NCBI GenBank assembly: GCA_964554585.1
Contig: CAZKPD010000003.1
Span: 252 to 49,196, forward strand
Length of the DNA stretch: 48,945 nt
Source: an uncultured Rikenellaceae bacterium
GTDB taxonomy: Bacteria; Bacteroidota; Bacteroidia; Bacteroidales; Tenuifilaceae
Direction: 5' to 3'
The translations under genes were made by a program, and so were the position numbers. The notes beneath the pieces are model-generated. The model saw only the letters and a program-made list of their open reading frames with translations. It was not told where the DNA came from and did no database searches. Positions 1 through 12,550 of this stretch are shown in pieces (position 1 is the stretch's first letter; each line of letters opens with the position of its first letter).

Positions 1-1200
1 GCCGCAATCTTTGTTCCTACAGTTATGGGTATTGCTCTACTCAGCTTTGCCATTTGGGCCATTTGGGGTGGTGAACAAGGTATGGTACAAGGGATACAAG
101 CTCTTATTACAGTACTAATTATTGCGTGCCCATGTGCATTGGGACTTGCCACGCCCACTGCCATTATGGTTGGGGTGGGCAGAGGGGCACAGAATAACAT
201 CCTGATAAAGGATGCTCAAAGCCTTGAAATTGCCCATAAGCTGGACACCATAATCTTAGACAAAACAGGGACCATTACCGAAGGAAAACCTTCGGTAACC
301 GATACCTATTGGAACCCCAATATACAAGGTAGAGAGCAATACGAGAGCATCCTATTTGCCATAGAGAGCCAGTCGGAGCACCCCTTGGCACAAGCTATTA
401 CCACACATTTGGATAAAACCAAAAACGGAGTAGATATTAAAAACTTCGAGGCATTGGCCGGTATGGGAGTTAAGGCTTCGGTTAGCGATGCTACCTACCA
501 TGTAGGAAACCTTGAACTTGTTAAGAGTCTAAACGTGCCTATTCCCTATGATGTGCAAACACTTATGAAAAACTGGCAAGGGCAAGGCAAAACTCACATC
601 CTATTTGCAGACTCTCAACAGCTAATAGGCGCCTTAGCCATTACAGATAAAGTGAAAGAAACATCGAAAAAAGCAATTGAAACGCTAAAAGAAATGGGCA
701 TTGAGCCCATTATGCTCACCGGCGACAATGAGGGTTCGGCACGCATTGTGGCCAACCAGGTGGGAATAGAGAGGTTTGAGGCATCCATGCTACCCGCTCA
801 TAAAGCCCAATGGGTAGAAGAGCTGCAACGAAATGGCAAGGTGGTAGCCATGGTGGGCGACGGCATAAACGATTCCCATGCGCTGGCTCAAGCCGACATC
901 AGCATTGCCATGGGCAAAGGTTCCGATATAGCCATGGATGTAGCAAAAATTACGCTTATGAGCTCCGATTTAAACCAGATCCCATTGGCCATTAAGCTCT
1001 CTAAGCGCACCATACTCACCGTTAAGGAGAACCTTTTCTGGGCATTTATATACAACATTATCGGTATCCCGTTGGCAGCAGGGGTGTTCTTCCTTATTGC
1101 AGGTTTTCAGTTCGACCCCATGGTTGCGGGTATAGCCATGGCCATGAGCTCTGTTTCGGTAGTATCGAATAGCTTACGGTTACGAACGGTCAAAATATAA
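1..1200 (+). CDS. copA: Heavy-metal (Cu+-type, P1B-1) P-type ATPase, 5'-truncated by window edge
   Basis: Frame open from base 1; CPC, DKTGT, HP, GDGIND, YN and MAMSS motifs. Confidence 0.9.
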   Translation, partial: AAIFVPTVMGIALLSFAIWAIWGGEQGMVQGIQALITVLIIACPCALGLATPTAIMVGVGRGAQNNILIKDAQSLEIAHKLDTIILDKTGTITEGKPSVTDTYWNPNIQGREQYESILFAIESQSEHPLAQAITTHLDKTKNGVDIKNFEALAGMGVKASVSDATYHVGNLELVKSLNVPIPYDVQTLMKNWQGQGKTHILFADSQQLIGALAITDKVKETSKKAIETLKEMGIEPIMLTGDNEGSARIVANQVGIERFEASMLPAHKAQWVEELQRNGKVVAMVGDGINDSHALAQADISIAMGKGSDIAMDVAKITLMSSDLNQIPLAIKLSKRTILTVKENLFWAFIYNIIGIPLAAGVFFLIAGFQFDPMVAGIAMAMSSVSVVSNSLRLRTVKI

Positions 1201-1223
1201 GTATTACATCCTCTTTTAAAGCT

Positions 1224-1258
1224 AACGTCACCTATCGGGGGTGACGTTTCTTTTTTTT
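1224..1258 (+). terminator. Intrinsic terminator after copA
   Basis: aacgtcacc-N7-ggtgacgtt stem followed by T-tract. Confidence 0.85.
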
Positions 1259-1314
1259 AGTCAAACTCTCAGCAACATTTTGTAATTTGGTACACGCAAT
1301 TTATACCCTCCTAA

Positions 1315-1977
1315 ATGAATAGTACTGACAACACGCTTCGCTTTGAGATAGGCCTATACTTCAAATCTCTTTTTAGCCCGAGAGGCAAAGAGACACTGTA
1401 TCATCCATCTTTTGTAGCTTACGAAGAGGAGGATGATTACGACTTTATCCCTGTGGACAAATGCCTATCCCATAAGGAGGAAGTGGCTCGTTACTACCAG
1501 AGCCTATTGGAATGCGCCAAACAGGTGGGTGAGCAAAGGCCGGCCAGCCATGTGTGGATACGTCCGGGGATCTTTTATGGAGACGAAGTGATTTTCAACT
1601 TTAGCTGGTTCGATAAGCTCCAAGACAGCCTGAGGCTATACTATGAGCTATGCAACAGTAAGGACGAGATACTCTACTCCACTGCCGACCAGAGCTGGTA
1701 TCTTGAGATTAGCCAATGGGAGAATCGGCTACTGTTTTTTGAGAGCTACCATGATGACCCCCCAGAGCAAAGCATTGAAGATTTTCGGCAGAAGCTCTTT
1801 ATTCCTAACAGAAAATTCTTTTTTGAAATGGATGACGACGGTTTTGTCGAAAACACTTGGGCGTGGGAAAACAAGCAAAATATGCTAAAACAAATGGAAC
1901 ACAAAATCGCCCAAGCTCATGAACTGATCAGCTACCTAAAAAACCGCCTTGGCATAGATTACTGGAGCAATTACTAG
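1315..1977 (+). CDS. Hypothetical cytoplasmic protein (220 aa, acidic/aromatic)
   Basis: ATG ORF filling the space between two terminators; no motif recognised. Confidence 0.7.
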   Translation: MNSTDNTLRFEIGLYFKSLFSPRGKETLYHPSFVAYEEEDDYDFIPVDKCLSHKEEVARYYQSLLECAKQVGEQRPASHVWIRPGIFYGDEVIFNFSWFDKLQDSLRLYYELCNSKDEILYSTADQSWYLEISQWENRLLFFESYHDDPPEQSIEDFRQKLFIPNRKFFFEMDDDGFVENTWAWENKQNMLKQMEHKIAQAHELISYLKNRLGIDYWSNY

Positions 1978-1990
1978 TCAAAGGATAAAA

Positions 1991-2031
1991 GCAAAAATGG
2001 GCTACCAATATTTTTGGCAGCCCATTTTTGC
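1991..2031. terminator. Bidirectional terminator between convergent genes
   Basis: gcaaaaatgggctacca...tggcagcccatttttgc inverted repeat with A/T tracts. Confidence 0.85.
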
Positions 2032-2053
2032 ACATTAGCTATGTATGAAGTGA

Positions 2054-3928
2054 CTAAAAATGTTCATAGTCTTTATCGTTACCATTGTCGGCATGGAGAT
2101 TTAGATTAACCCCTTTGCCCGATTTCTGTACCCCTACCTTAGCCGTGGGTTTTACATTTTTTGCCGATGCTTCCATTGCAGCATTCCCTGCTGATACTTT
2201 TGACGTTTTCCGTTGGGTTTGAACATCCACTTTAAAGTAACTAATCACCTCTTTTAGCTGCTCTGCTTGGCTGGCCAGCTCCTCAGCGCTGGTAGCCATC
2301 TCCTCGCTTGAGGCAGCGTTAGACTGAACCACCTGGTTTAGCTGCTGAATGGCATTGTTAATCTGATCGGCACCGCTGCGCTGCTCAAGACTGGCAGCAG
2401 CTATTTCGCGAACCAACTGCGTATTTCGCTGCAAATCGGGCATTAGGTTTACCAGTAAGCCGCCGGCTTCGGCTGTTAACTCAACGCTAGACTTTGAGAG
2501 TTTCTCAATCTCATCGGAAGCAATCCGGCTACGTTCGGCCAATTTACGAACCTCGGCTGCTACCACAGCAAACCCTCGGCCATGCTCTCCGGCTCTTGCT
2601 GCCTCAACGGCAGCATTAAGAGCAAGAATATTGGTTTGGAAAGCAATATCGGTAATAATAGATATTTTTTCCGAGACCTCTTTAACGGCTGCCATGCTCT
2701 GTTGGGCCATATCAGAAACTCTGGTTATTCCCTCATCAGTTTTGATGGCAATCACCTCTGCTTCTTGCGCGTTCTGCGCATTCTGCTCAATATTGGATGC
2801 CATCTCCTCCATGGAGCTGGACACCTCCTCGGTGGATGAAGCCTGCTCAGCAGAACCCTGAGATAGCTGCTGAGAAACATCGCTCATCTGATCACTACCC
2901 AAAGCCACATTGTTTGCCCCTGTTAGCACATCTGAGATTATATCTTTAATTCTGTTCCCCATGTCATTCATGGCACGAGCCAAATCTCCCAACTCATCCT
3001 TTTTCTTAAGCTCTGCTTCGGGAATTGTAATGGTTAAATCGCCTTGTGCGTACAGCTCGGCCAATGCAACACCCTGCTTTATTCCATTGGTTAAGTAACG
3101 TGTTACTAAATGGCTGATGATATATGCCAACAACAAGGAAAGCGCAGTAAAAGCAAGGATGATTCCAAAAATGGAACCCTTAACTATCTTAAGAATATTA
3201 TCAATAACTGTACTTTGACGGTCCAACTCGTCCATAATATCTTCACCAAAAATCTCCTGATCTTGTTCGTTTTTTGTGTTTATTTTTGAAATCACATCAG
3301 CATAATGAATCAAGTGGTCGGAATATTCTTGTGCAGCACGACTAACCTCTCCGTTGTATTGGTTTATCAAAAGAGAGATGAATCTTTGGGCATTTTCTAG
3401 ATTAGCGGGATCATGATTTTTTTGAAACTTATGAAACTCGACTTGCGCTGCTAGTAGATTGGTATAAACAGCATGAGATTGTCCACCCCTTTTGATTATC
3501 ACTTCAAGTCTCTCTACAAGCCCTTCATCCTCCTCAACCAGAACTTTTTCTTGCTTGATAAGATTATATAGTTCATCTATACCTTTCTCATACGAAACCA
3601 GATTACGCCTAACCTCTTCAAAAGCTACTTTTAACTCCTTTTGAGAAATAGAACTATGGGCATCATCCAAATAGAAGAAGCAACTGTCTATGTTTTCTTT
3701 GGCTTTTATGTATTCTTCCTCCTGACTAAGGTGAACTAAGGTTGTAGTGTTTAACCTTACATTAATAAAAAAACTTTCCGTCCAATTTATGGACTGTCCA
3801 ATGAAAGTATACTTGTTAAAATAGTTCAATCCGGCAATGCCCACAAAGGCAACTACCAGTAGTAATGCAATAATAATTCCAAAACTTAGCCTAAGTTTAG
3901 TTCCCGTTTTCAAGTTCTTTAAATTCAT
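2054..3928 (-). CDS. Methyl-accepting chemotaxis protein (TM-sensor-TM-HAMP-MCP signal, C-terminal pentapeptide DYEHF)
   Basis: [40 protein letters not shown] hairpin tip; [15 protein letters not shown]; two TM helices. Confidence 0.95.
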   Translation of the reverse strand: MNLKNLKTGTKLRLSFGIIIALLLVVAFVGIAGLNYFNKYTFIGQSINWTESFFINVRLNTTTLVHLSQEEEYIKAKENIDSCFFYLDDAHSSISQKELKVAFEEVRRNLVSYEKGIDELYNLIKQEKVLVEEDEGLVERLEVIIKRGGQSHAVYTNLLAAQVEFHKFQKNHDPANLENAQRFISLLINQYNGEVSRAAQEYSDHLIHYADVISKINTKNEQDQEIFGEDIMDELDRQSTVIDNILKIVKGSIFGIILAFTALSLLLAYIISHLVTRYLTNGIKQGVALAELYAQGDLTITIPEAELKKKDELGDLARAMNDMGNRIKDIISDVLTGANNVALGSDQMSDVSQQLSQGSAEQASSTEEVSSSMEEMASNIEQNAQNAQEAEVIAIKTDEGITRVSDMAQQSMAAVKEVSEKISIITDIAFQTNILALNAAVEAARAGEHGRGFAVVAAEVRKLAERSRIASDEIEKLSKSSVELTAEAGGLLVNLMPDLQRNTQLVREIAAASLEQRSGADQINNAIQQLNQVVQSNAASSEEMATSAEELASQAEQLKEVISYFKVDVQTQRKTSKVSAGNAAMEASAKNVKPTAKVGVQKSGKGVNLNLHADNGNDKDYEHF

Positions 3929-4248
3929 AATAACACGTTATTTAGAGGTAATGATGTAGTGATGCAAGTCTCTTGCTTATGAGAATTACGTTCTTTATAC
4001 CGTTTAAAGACACGCAAAGTTTCATTTTTTTTCCCAAATAGAATCATATAATAGCATATATCACCAAATGGAAATCAACAATCATTTTAGGCAACACACA
4101 ATGGTTTTATTTGTTGTGCGTTAGTACTAATGATGGTTTAAAAAAATATGAACACCCTTTAACGTCATTAGGTTAAAATAATCATGGTCCTAAAAATGAG
4201 GAATCGGCCATTAATTTGTATTTTTACCCAAAACTTAAGCAGCAGACT

Positions 4249-7200
4249 ATGCCTGTATCATCGGTACGTTTAGCAATCGTATATGCATTGACGCTTTTCA
4301 CCCTTAGCGTCACAGCCCAAGAGGGATTACAGCAGGATGATTCTCAAGACCTGCTTAACAAGGGGATTGAACTCTTTGATAGAGGAAACTTTGTTTCGGC
4401 CCAAAAGCATTTTCTCCGGGTTATTGAGCTAGAGAGCTCTAACGGCTTACACCTAACCGGCGAAGCCGAATTTTACAACGCGCTTTGCGCCATTGAACTT
4501 TTCAATCAGGATGCAGAACACCTTATTCGGAACTTTATCAATAATTACCCCGAGAACCAAAAGGTGAACACTGCTTACTTTGAGCTGGGTAAGCTCCGCT
4601 ATCGAGAGAATAAATACAAAGATGCGCTATACTGGTTTGGCCAAACCAATAAGAGCGGATTGGATAGCGAACAAAGGGCAGAAATGGTTTTCAAAATTGG
4701 GTACAGCCACTTTATGCTCGAGCAGCTTAGTGAGGCCAATCGTGCATTCTATGAAATAAAAGACGCTAAAAACAGATATGCAGCTCCGGCTACCTATTAC
4801 TACTCACACATTGCCTACTCACAAAACAACTTAGCCACAGCTCTCAAGGGTTTTAAAACGCTGACTAACGACCAAACCTTTGCTCCACTGGTTCCCTACT
4901 ATATCACTCAAATTTACTACATGCAGCGAGAGTACGCTGAAGTCGTAAACTATGCGCCTCCCTTTTTAGAGAACGCCACCTCAAAAAGAGCTCCTGAGAT
5001 TGCCCGATTAATTGGCGAATCTCTTTACCTGCTTAAACGATACGATGAAGCGGTTCCCTACATTGAGCAATTTGCTCAAAAAACCACCTCCCTTACTCGC
5101 GAAGAGAACTATTTGGTCGGATTTGTGTACTATCGTGACGGGAAATTTACTGAAGCCACTAAATACCTCGAAAGGGTAGCCACTGAGGACGATACCCTGA
5201 GCCAAAACGCCTACTACCATTTGGCCGACTGTTACCTAAAAAATAACGATAAAGCCAAAGCCCGACAGGCCTTCTCCATTGCAGCAAAGTATGACTTTGA
5301 TATGGATATTAAGGAGGATGCGCTTTTTAGCTTTGCTAAAATAACCTTCGAAACGCTTTACAACCCATTTAACGAAGCCATTGAGGCCTTTAAATCATAT
5401 ATCGAGCTTTTTCCAAAAAGCCCTCGAATTGATGAAGCCCACAGCTACCTAGTGCAAGCATTTACAAGCACAAAGAACTATAAAGAGGCGCTCATCTCGC
5501 TGGATCAAATAAAACATAAGGATGCTTCTATCCGACAGGCCTACCAAAGAGCTGCATTTTTTAGAGGGATAGAACAGTACCAAAACCTCAATTTTTATGA
5601 GGCTATAGAACTATTTACCCTTTCGCTAAAATATCCGGAATACAGCAAATCGCTCTCTGCACTTGCACTCTACTGGAGGGGCGAGGGGTACTACCGAACC
5701 GATCAGTTTAGTAAGGCAGCAGACGATTACAGCCTTTTCCTAGTCTCACCCGGAGCCTTTGAGTTGCCCGAATACAGCATGGGCCACTATAACCTGGGAT
5801 ATGCCCACTTTAAGCTAAAACGTTACGACGAGGCCAGCGTTTGGCTTCGGAAATACACCGCATTAGACCCAACGGCAAAAACCTCGTTTATGGGTGATGC
5901 ATACAATCGTATTGGCGACTCCTATTTTATGCTGCGCAGCTATTGGGTGGCACTCGACTATTATGAGAAAGCCATCAATACCAACACCATTGATGTGGAT
6001 TATGCAATCCTTCAAAGGGGTATAGCCTTTGGTCTGGTTGAAAGACCCGAGAAAAAGGTCGAAACCCTACTCACGTTGGTACATGGGCACAAAGAGTCAG
6101 ACTTTATGGATGACGGTCTTTTTGAACTGGCCGAAACTTACCTCTCCATGGGACAATCAGCCAATGCCATTACCTACTACACTCAACTTAAAGATCAATT
6201 CCCGGGCAGTTCGTACTTTGTGAAAGCACTAGTTCAACTTGGTATTGCGGCGTATAACGAAAACAACTACGACGCAGCCATGTCCTACTACAAAAGGGTG
6301 GTCGAAGAGTTCCCCGGGTCGCCCGAAGCTAAAAATGCGCTTATCGGTATCCGAAACATCCATGTGGACAATGGCACCGTGAAAGACTACCTTGCCTACG
6401 CCGATCAGCTGGGCAGCCTTGGCAACGTAACCATGGCCGAAAAAGACTCTCTTTCGTATATTGCTGCTGAACGGATGTATATGAGCGGAAACTGCCAGAA
6501 AGCATTACAAAGCCTCATGCAGTATATCGAAGAACATCCCAAAGGGAACTTTATTCTGAATGCCAATTACTATATGGGCGATTGTCACTATAGGAATAAA
6601 CAGTACGATAATGCCCTTGCCGCATTTAACCAAGTAATTCAGAAACCCAAAAGCCCATTCACAGAGCAAACCCTGCTAGCTGTTTCGGACATCTACACCC
6701 AACAAAAGAAATTTGCAGAAGCATATGAGAGCTATAGCCTGCTTGAGTCGCTTGCCGATTCACGTTCTACCCTACTTGATGCCCGAGTTGGAATGATGCG
6801 ATCCGCAAAAGAGCTGAACGATTATCAAAAAATGGTTGATGCTTCGGCTAAAGTGCTTATAACCGACAAATTACCAGATGAGATGGATATTGAAGCACGA
6901 TTTGCAAGAGCCACAGCACTTATGGAACTCAAACGTTTACCCGAAGCATTCAACGAATTTGCCAGAGTATCGTTAAACCTTAAGACCAAACAAGGTGCCG
7001 AAGCCAAATACAATATGGCTCTCATCTACTTTAACCAGGGCGAAATTGATAAAGCTGAAGATGAAATCTTCAACTTCGCCGAGAAGAACACGCCTCACCA
7101 GTACTGGCTAGCCAAGAGCTTTATCCTGCTTTCCGAAATTTACACCCAGAAAGATGATTTCTTTCAGGCTAAGGCAACCCTTCAAAGCGTTCTTGACGGA

Positions 7201-7326
7201 TATGCCAATGCTGATGATGGGATTATAGACATGGCTTCAGAAAAAATAACTATACTGGTGAAAACCGAAAAGATGAAACAGCAAGGAACGCAACCCGATA
7301 CAATGAACGTAAAATGGACTTTTTAA
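4249..7326 (+). CDS. Large periplasmic TPR protein (~1025 aa)
   Basis: Signal peptide (…VTA|QE) and TPR-like repeats throughout (AYFELG, AYYHLADCY, AYNRIGDSY); ATG 4249 preferred over TTG 4216. Confidence 0.9.
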   Translation: MPVSSVRLAIVYALTLFTLSVTAQEGLQQDDSQDLLNKGIELFDRGNFVSAQKHFLRVIELESSNGLHLTGEAEFYNALCAIELFNQDAEHLIRNFINNYPENQKVNTAYFELGKLRYRENKYKDALYWFGQTNKSGLDSEQRAEMVFKIGYSHFMLEQLSEANRAFYEIKDAKNRYAAPATYYYSHIAYSQNNLATALKGFKTLTNDQTFAPLVPYYITQIYYMQREYAEVVNYAPPFLENATSKRAPEIARLIGESLYLLKRYDEAVPYIEQFAQKTTSLTREENYLVGFVYYRDGKFTEATKYLERVATEDDTLSQNAYYHLADCYLKNNDKAKARQAFSIAAKYDFDMDIKEDALFSFAKITFETLYNPFNEAIEAFKSYIELFPKSPRIDEAHSYLVQAFTSTKNYKEALISLDQIKHKDASIRQAYQRAAFFRGIEQYQNLNFYEAIELFTLSLKYPEYSKSLSALALYWRGEGYYRTDQFSKAADDYSLFLVSPGAFELPEYSMGHYNLGYAHFKLKRYDEASVWLRKYTALDPTAKTSFMGDAYNRIGDSYFMLRSYWVALDYYEKAINTNTIDVDYAILQRGIAFGLVERPEKKVETLLTLVHGHKESDFMDDGLFELAETYLSMGQSANAITYYTQLKDQFPGSSYFVKALVQLGIAAYNENNYDAAMSYYKRVVEEFPGSPEAKNALIGIRNIHVDNGTVKDYLAYADQLGSLGNVTMAEKDSLSYIAAERMYMSGNCQKALQSLMQYIEEHPKGNFILNANYYMGDCHYRNKQYDNALAAFNQVIQKPKSPFTEQTLLAVSDIYTQQKKFAEAYESYSLLESLADSRSTLLDARVGMMRSAKELNDYQKMVDASAKVLITDKLPDEMDIEARFARATALMELKRLPEAFNEFARVSLNLKTKQGAEAKYNMALIYFNQGEIDKAEDEIFNFAEKNTPHQYWLAKSFILLSEIYTQKDDFFQAKATLQSVLDGYANADDGIIDMASEKITILVKTEKMKQQGTQPDTMNVKWTF

Positions 7327-7355
7327 CACTCAAATATTCATCCCCCATCATAAGT

Positions 7356-9038
7356 ATGCCCATGAAAAGCTTAGCATATAGGATAATACTCTTGGCTTTG
7401 TTTACAGCACCTTGGTTAGGTTCAACCCTCCAAGCTCAGGACGAGAAGCTTACCAAAGAGGTGCAGGTGGTTCGCCCATACGAACCAACCCTATCTGATG
7501 CTTTTAAAATTAATGAGCTGCCTCGTGTAGAGGACACCATTAGTGTTACCCCCCTGTTTAACTACAACTTGGTTATGCGCCCCTTTAGGGTAAGCTCATC
7601 CGTTAGCCAGATTCCTGCAGCACGTATGGTATCAGAACCATTGGCTGTAGCCAGAAAAGGCTACGCAAGGTTGGGATTTGGTAATTACTATTCTCCAATG
7701 GCAGAGTTTTACTTCTCCAATGAGCGATCAAAGACATACTCGTATGGTGCTTGGGTAAAGCATAAATCGCTTTTTCCAAAAATCACTTTAGATAATGATC
7801 TAAAGGTTAGAGCCCCACATTATACCACCAACCTTACCACTTTTGGTAAATATGCCTTTGCCGAGTCTGCCCTCTCAGGCGATATGAGCTATAATCATAC
7901 TGGGTACAATTTTTACGGATACGATACCATTCCTTTACCAGATCCTTCAGTTCCACGTCCAAATGCTGAAAAGCAAGGGGTAAATAATTTTAGCGTAAAC
8001 CTGAATTACTACTCTACGCACAGCGACTCAACCCACCTGAACTATCGGGCTCATACCGGGTTCAACCATACCTCCGACAAGTTTGATGTACACCAGAATA
8101 GTTTCTCTATCCATGGAGATTTTAACAAATATTTCCAATCCGAGAAAGTGGGTGCTTCAATGGATTTTATTCACCACACCAATAGCCCAACACTATCCGC
8201 ACGAAACAGCACTATTTTTTCTTTTGCACCATGGATTGGTCTGTTTGGCAAGCAGTGGAGGGTTAAAGCCGGAGCCGATTTATTATACAACGCCTACGAA
8301 AAAGGGCAAAAATTTTATATCTATCCCAAAGCTCATCTATCATACAATATCGTGAGCAACTATGTGATCCCCTACTTTGAGTTTGATGGGTATTTGGAAG
8401 ACAACACTTACGCAAAAATCTTGAATGAAAACCCTTGGACTAAACCCGGAACATTGGCTACAAACAGCAGTCACAATGCAATTATCAGAGGTGGAGTTAA
8501 AGGCAATATGACCCCCCGAATTGCCTATAACATTACTGCCAGCTTCTCATTGATTGATAGTGCCTACTTTTTTGTAAATCATCTCTCCGATGACGATGTT
8601 TTTAGCAGCTATTTCGACCTTGCATATGATAACGTACGGAAAAGGAGCATTTTGGGTGAACTAACCATTGCACCCACCAGTAGCATTACGCTATCTGCCT
8701 TAGCCCAATATTCTTCCTACTCCATGAAAGAGTTGGAAAGACCCTGGCACACCCCAAACTTATTGGGGAATATCACGGCACGATATAGCATTCAGGATAA
8801 GATTATACTGAAGTCGACTTTCTACTTCGAGGGGCAACGATATGTGATGCTTAATGACGGATTGGCCACGCAAATTAAGGGCATTACAAACCTCAATCTC
8901 AATCTTGAATATCGATACAATAAAAGAGCATCTGCCTTTGTGGATATCAATAATTTGCTAGCAAAACGATACGATTTGTGGTACTTGTATCCCACCCATC
9001 GGTTCCACATCATGTTTGGGGTGTCCTACGCCTTATAA
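7356..9038 (+). CDS. Outer-membrane beta-barrel protein (TonB-dependent-receptor-like C-terminus, no obvious plug)
   Basis: Signal peptide (…LQA|QD); alternating aromatic beta-strands; NNLL…Y…GVSYAL C-terminus; start 7356 or 7362. Confidence 0.8.
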   Translation: MPMKSLAYRIILLALFTAPWLGSTLQAQDEKLTKEVQVVRPYEPTLSDAFKINELPRVEDTISVTPLFNYNLVMRPFRVSSSVSQIPAARMVSEPLAVARKGYARLGFGNYYSPMAEFYFSNERSKTYSYGAWVKHKSLFPKITLDNDLKVRAPHYTTNLTTFGKYAFAESALSGDMSYNHTGYNFYGYDTIPLPDPSVPRPNAEKQGVNNFSVNLNYYSTHSDSTHLNYRAHTGFNHTSDKFDVHQNSFSIHGDFNKYFQSEKVGASMDFIHHTNSPTLSARNSTIFSFAPWIGLFGKQWRVKAGADLLYNAYEKGQKFYIYPKAHLSYNIVSNYVIPYFEFDGYLEDNTYAKILNENPWTKPGTLATNSSHNAIIRGGVKGNMTPRIAYNITASFSLIDSAYFFVNHLSDDDVFSSYFDLAYDNVRKRSILGELTIAPTSSITLSALAQYSSYSMKELERPWHTPNLLGNITARYSIQDKIILKSTFYFEGQRYVMLNDGLATQIKGITNLNLNLEYRYNKRASAFVDINNLLAKRYDLWYLYPTHRFHIMFGVSYAL

Positions 9039-9063
9039 AATAAGTTTCATTCATTCTACTCGG

Positions 9064-9094
9064 AACGGGTAAAGCCTTTGGCATTACCCGTTTT
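9064..9094 (+). terminator. Intrinsic terminator
   Basis: aacgggtaa…ttacccgtt stem plus short T run. Confidence 0.7.
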
Positions 9095-9248
9095 GCTTAA
9101 ATCTATTTTTACCATTTTAACGATATAAAGGGTCTAAAATCAAATCCACTACAATCAATTACCAACCTGCTGTATCACAGCACTTTTCTCCGACAGATTC
9201 GACAACAAAATATTCAAAAAATCGCATGGATAGTACACTAAAAATTGC

Positions 9249-9256
9249 TATCTTTG
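9249..9256 (+). promoter_or_regulatory. Bacteroidota sigma-A -7 element for gyrB
   Basis: TATCTTTG matches TAnnTTTG, 80 nt upstream of ATG. Confidence 0.6.
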
Positions 9257-9327
9257 AAGGTTAAAAAAATATATTTCACCTGTTAATCATCAATAGTCAA
9301 ATAGCCACTTTTGATGTTAATGTATAA

Positions 9328-11328
<2,001 letters not shown>

Positions 11329-11349
11329 CGGAAACAGAACGGAAAATTG

Positions 11350-12519
11350 CTAGTGCTTTAGTACTGCCGGAAGGGCTTCGGGCTTATATTTTCGGTCAAT
11401 GCTACCATTGGGATGGTACAGCCAAGCAGAACCAAACTGTACTCCTTGTTTAAAAAATATTCTGGAGGCCACATCCCCAGTGGGGTAAAAAACGGTCCAA
11501 AAGCCTTCGGCAGTACCATTTACATATAGGCCAGATAAGTTTAGATACCCTTCCTCAGAGAAAAAGCGCCATGTCCCAACTGATTTGCCTCCATTGTAGG
11601 AACCTTGCTGTTTAGGCTGACCATTGGCATGGTAAAAAAGCCAATTCCCCTCAAATTTTCCATCCTTAAAAGGCCCTTGGCTATAGAGAATTCCATTGGT
11701 ATAGTAGCTATTCCACACCCCTGATCGCTGATTATTGGTAAACTGCCCCTCCTCAGCTAGCTCTCCACCGGGATAATACTCACGATATGCTCCCGAAAGC
11801 ACTCCTTTTTCATAGGTAGAAACGTTCATCACGCCTCCACTTTCATAGTACCCAATCATAACCCCTTGAATAACCCCATTGCGATAAAAGGTTACGCGCT
11901 GTATATTACCGTTCTTATAGTAAGAGTATAGCGTATCGTCAAATTCATCATTTACCTTATACCCCCGATAATTAATGCCAGCATCCTCATAGTAAGTCTC
12001 CCAAAGGCCATTTAGCCGATTATTCCGATAGGTAGCCACCAATAATAGATTTCCGTTGGGAGAATAAACTTGTGAAACTCCATGCAACTCGCCTGACACG
12101 TAAGGACTTATAGCATCTAATTGCCCATTATCATGATAGGTATAGAGGACACCCTCCAATAGATTGTTCTTATAAGTCCCCTCTTGGTAAATACTCCCAT
12201 TACCGCTCCAAACGGTAAATCCGCCATTCTTTTTACCCTTTTGGTAACGGTAGATACTCTCTTGAAATCCGTTACGGAAGTAGTTTGCCCATAGGCTATC
12301 GGGCAAATTGTCGTAGAAAATACCCTCCTGTAAAAGATTCCCTTCGGGATAAAAAAACTGATACTTCCCATGTTTGATAGTATCTACACCGGAAAAGTAG
12401 AACTGAAAACACTCTTTTACCTGACCTGAGGGATAGAAAAACTGATGCTTACGAATCACCTGCGAATGACCCGTAAGCATAATTAGTAAAGTGATGAAAA
12501 AAAGGAGGTTTTTTTTCAA
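11350..12519 (-). CDS. Secreted MORN-variant repeat protein (YwqK-like repeats)
   Basis: Signal peptide (…GHS|QV); many repeats of G.W..YY.NG.L…G.Y; TTG start. Confidence 0.85.
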   Translation of the reverse strand: MKKNLLFFITLLIMLTGHSQVIRKHQFFYPSGQVKECFQFYFSGVDTIKHGKYQFFYPEGNLLQEGIFYDNLPDSLWANYFRNGFQESIYRYQKGKKNGGFTVWSGNGSIYQEGTYKNNLLEGVLYTYHDNGQLDAISPYVSGELHGVSQVYSPNGNLLLVATYRNNRLNGLWETYYEDAGINYRGYKVNDEFDDTLYSYYKNGNIQRVTFYRNGVIQGVMIGYYESGGVMNVSTYEKGVLSGAYREYYPGGELAEEGQFTNNQRSGVWNSYYTNGILYSQGPFKDGKFEGNWLFYHANGQPKQQGSYNGGKSVGTWRFFSEEGYLNLSGLYVNGTAEGFWTVFYPTGDVASRIFFKQGVQFGSAWLYHPNGSIDRKYKPEALPAVLKH

Positions 12520-12550
12520 TCTAAGCGGTTTAATGGGAAATTTTCAGAAA

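Noticed and set aside
11350-12519. Toxin-antitoxin system (YwqK antitoxin label)
   Set aside because: The similarity reflects generic MORN repeats; the protein has a signal peptide and no toxin neighbour
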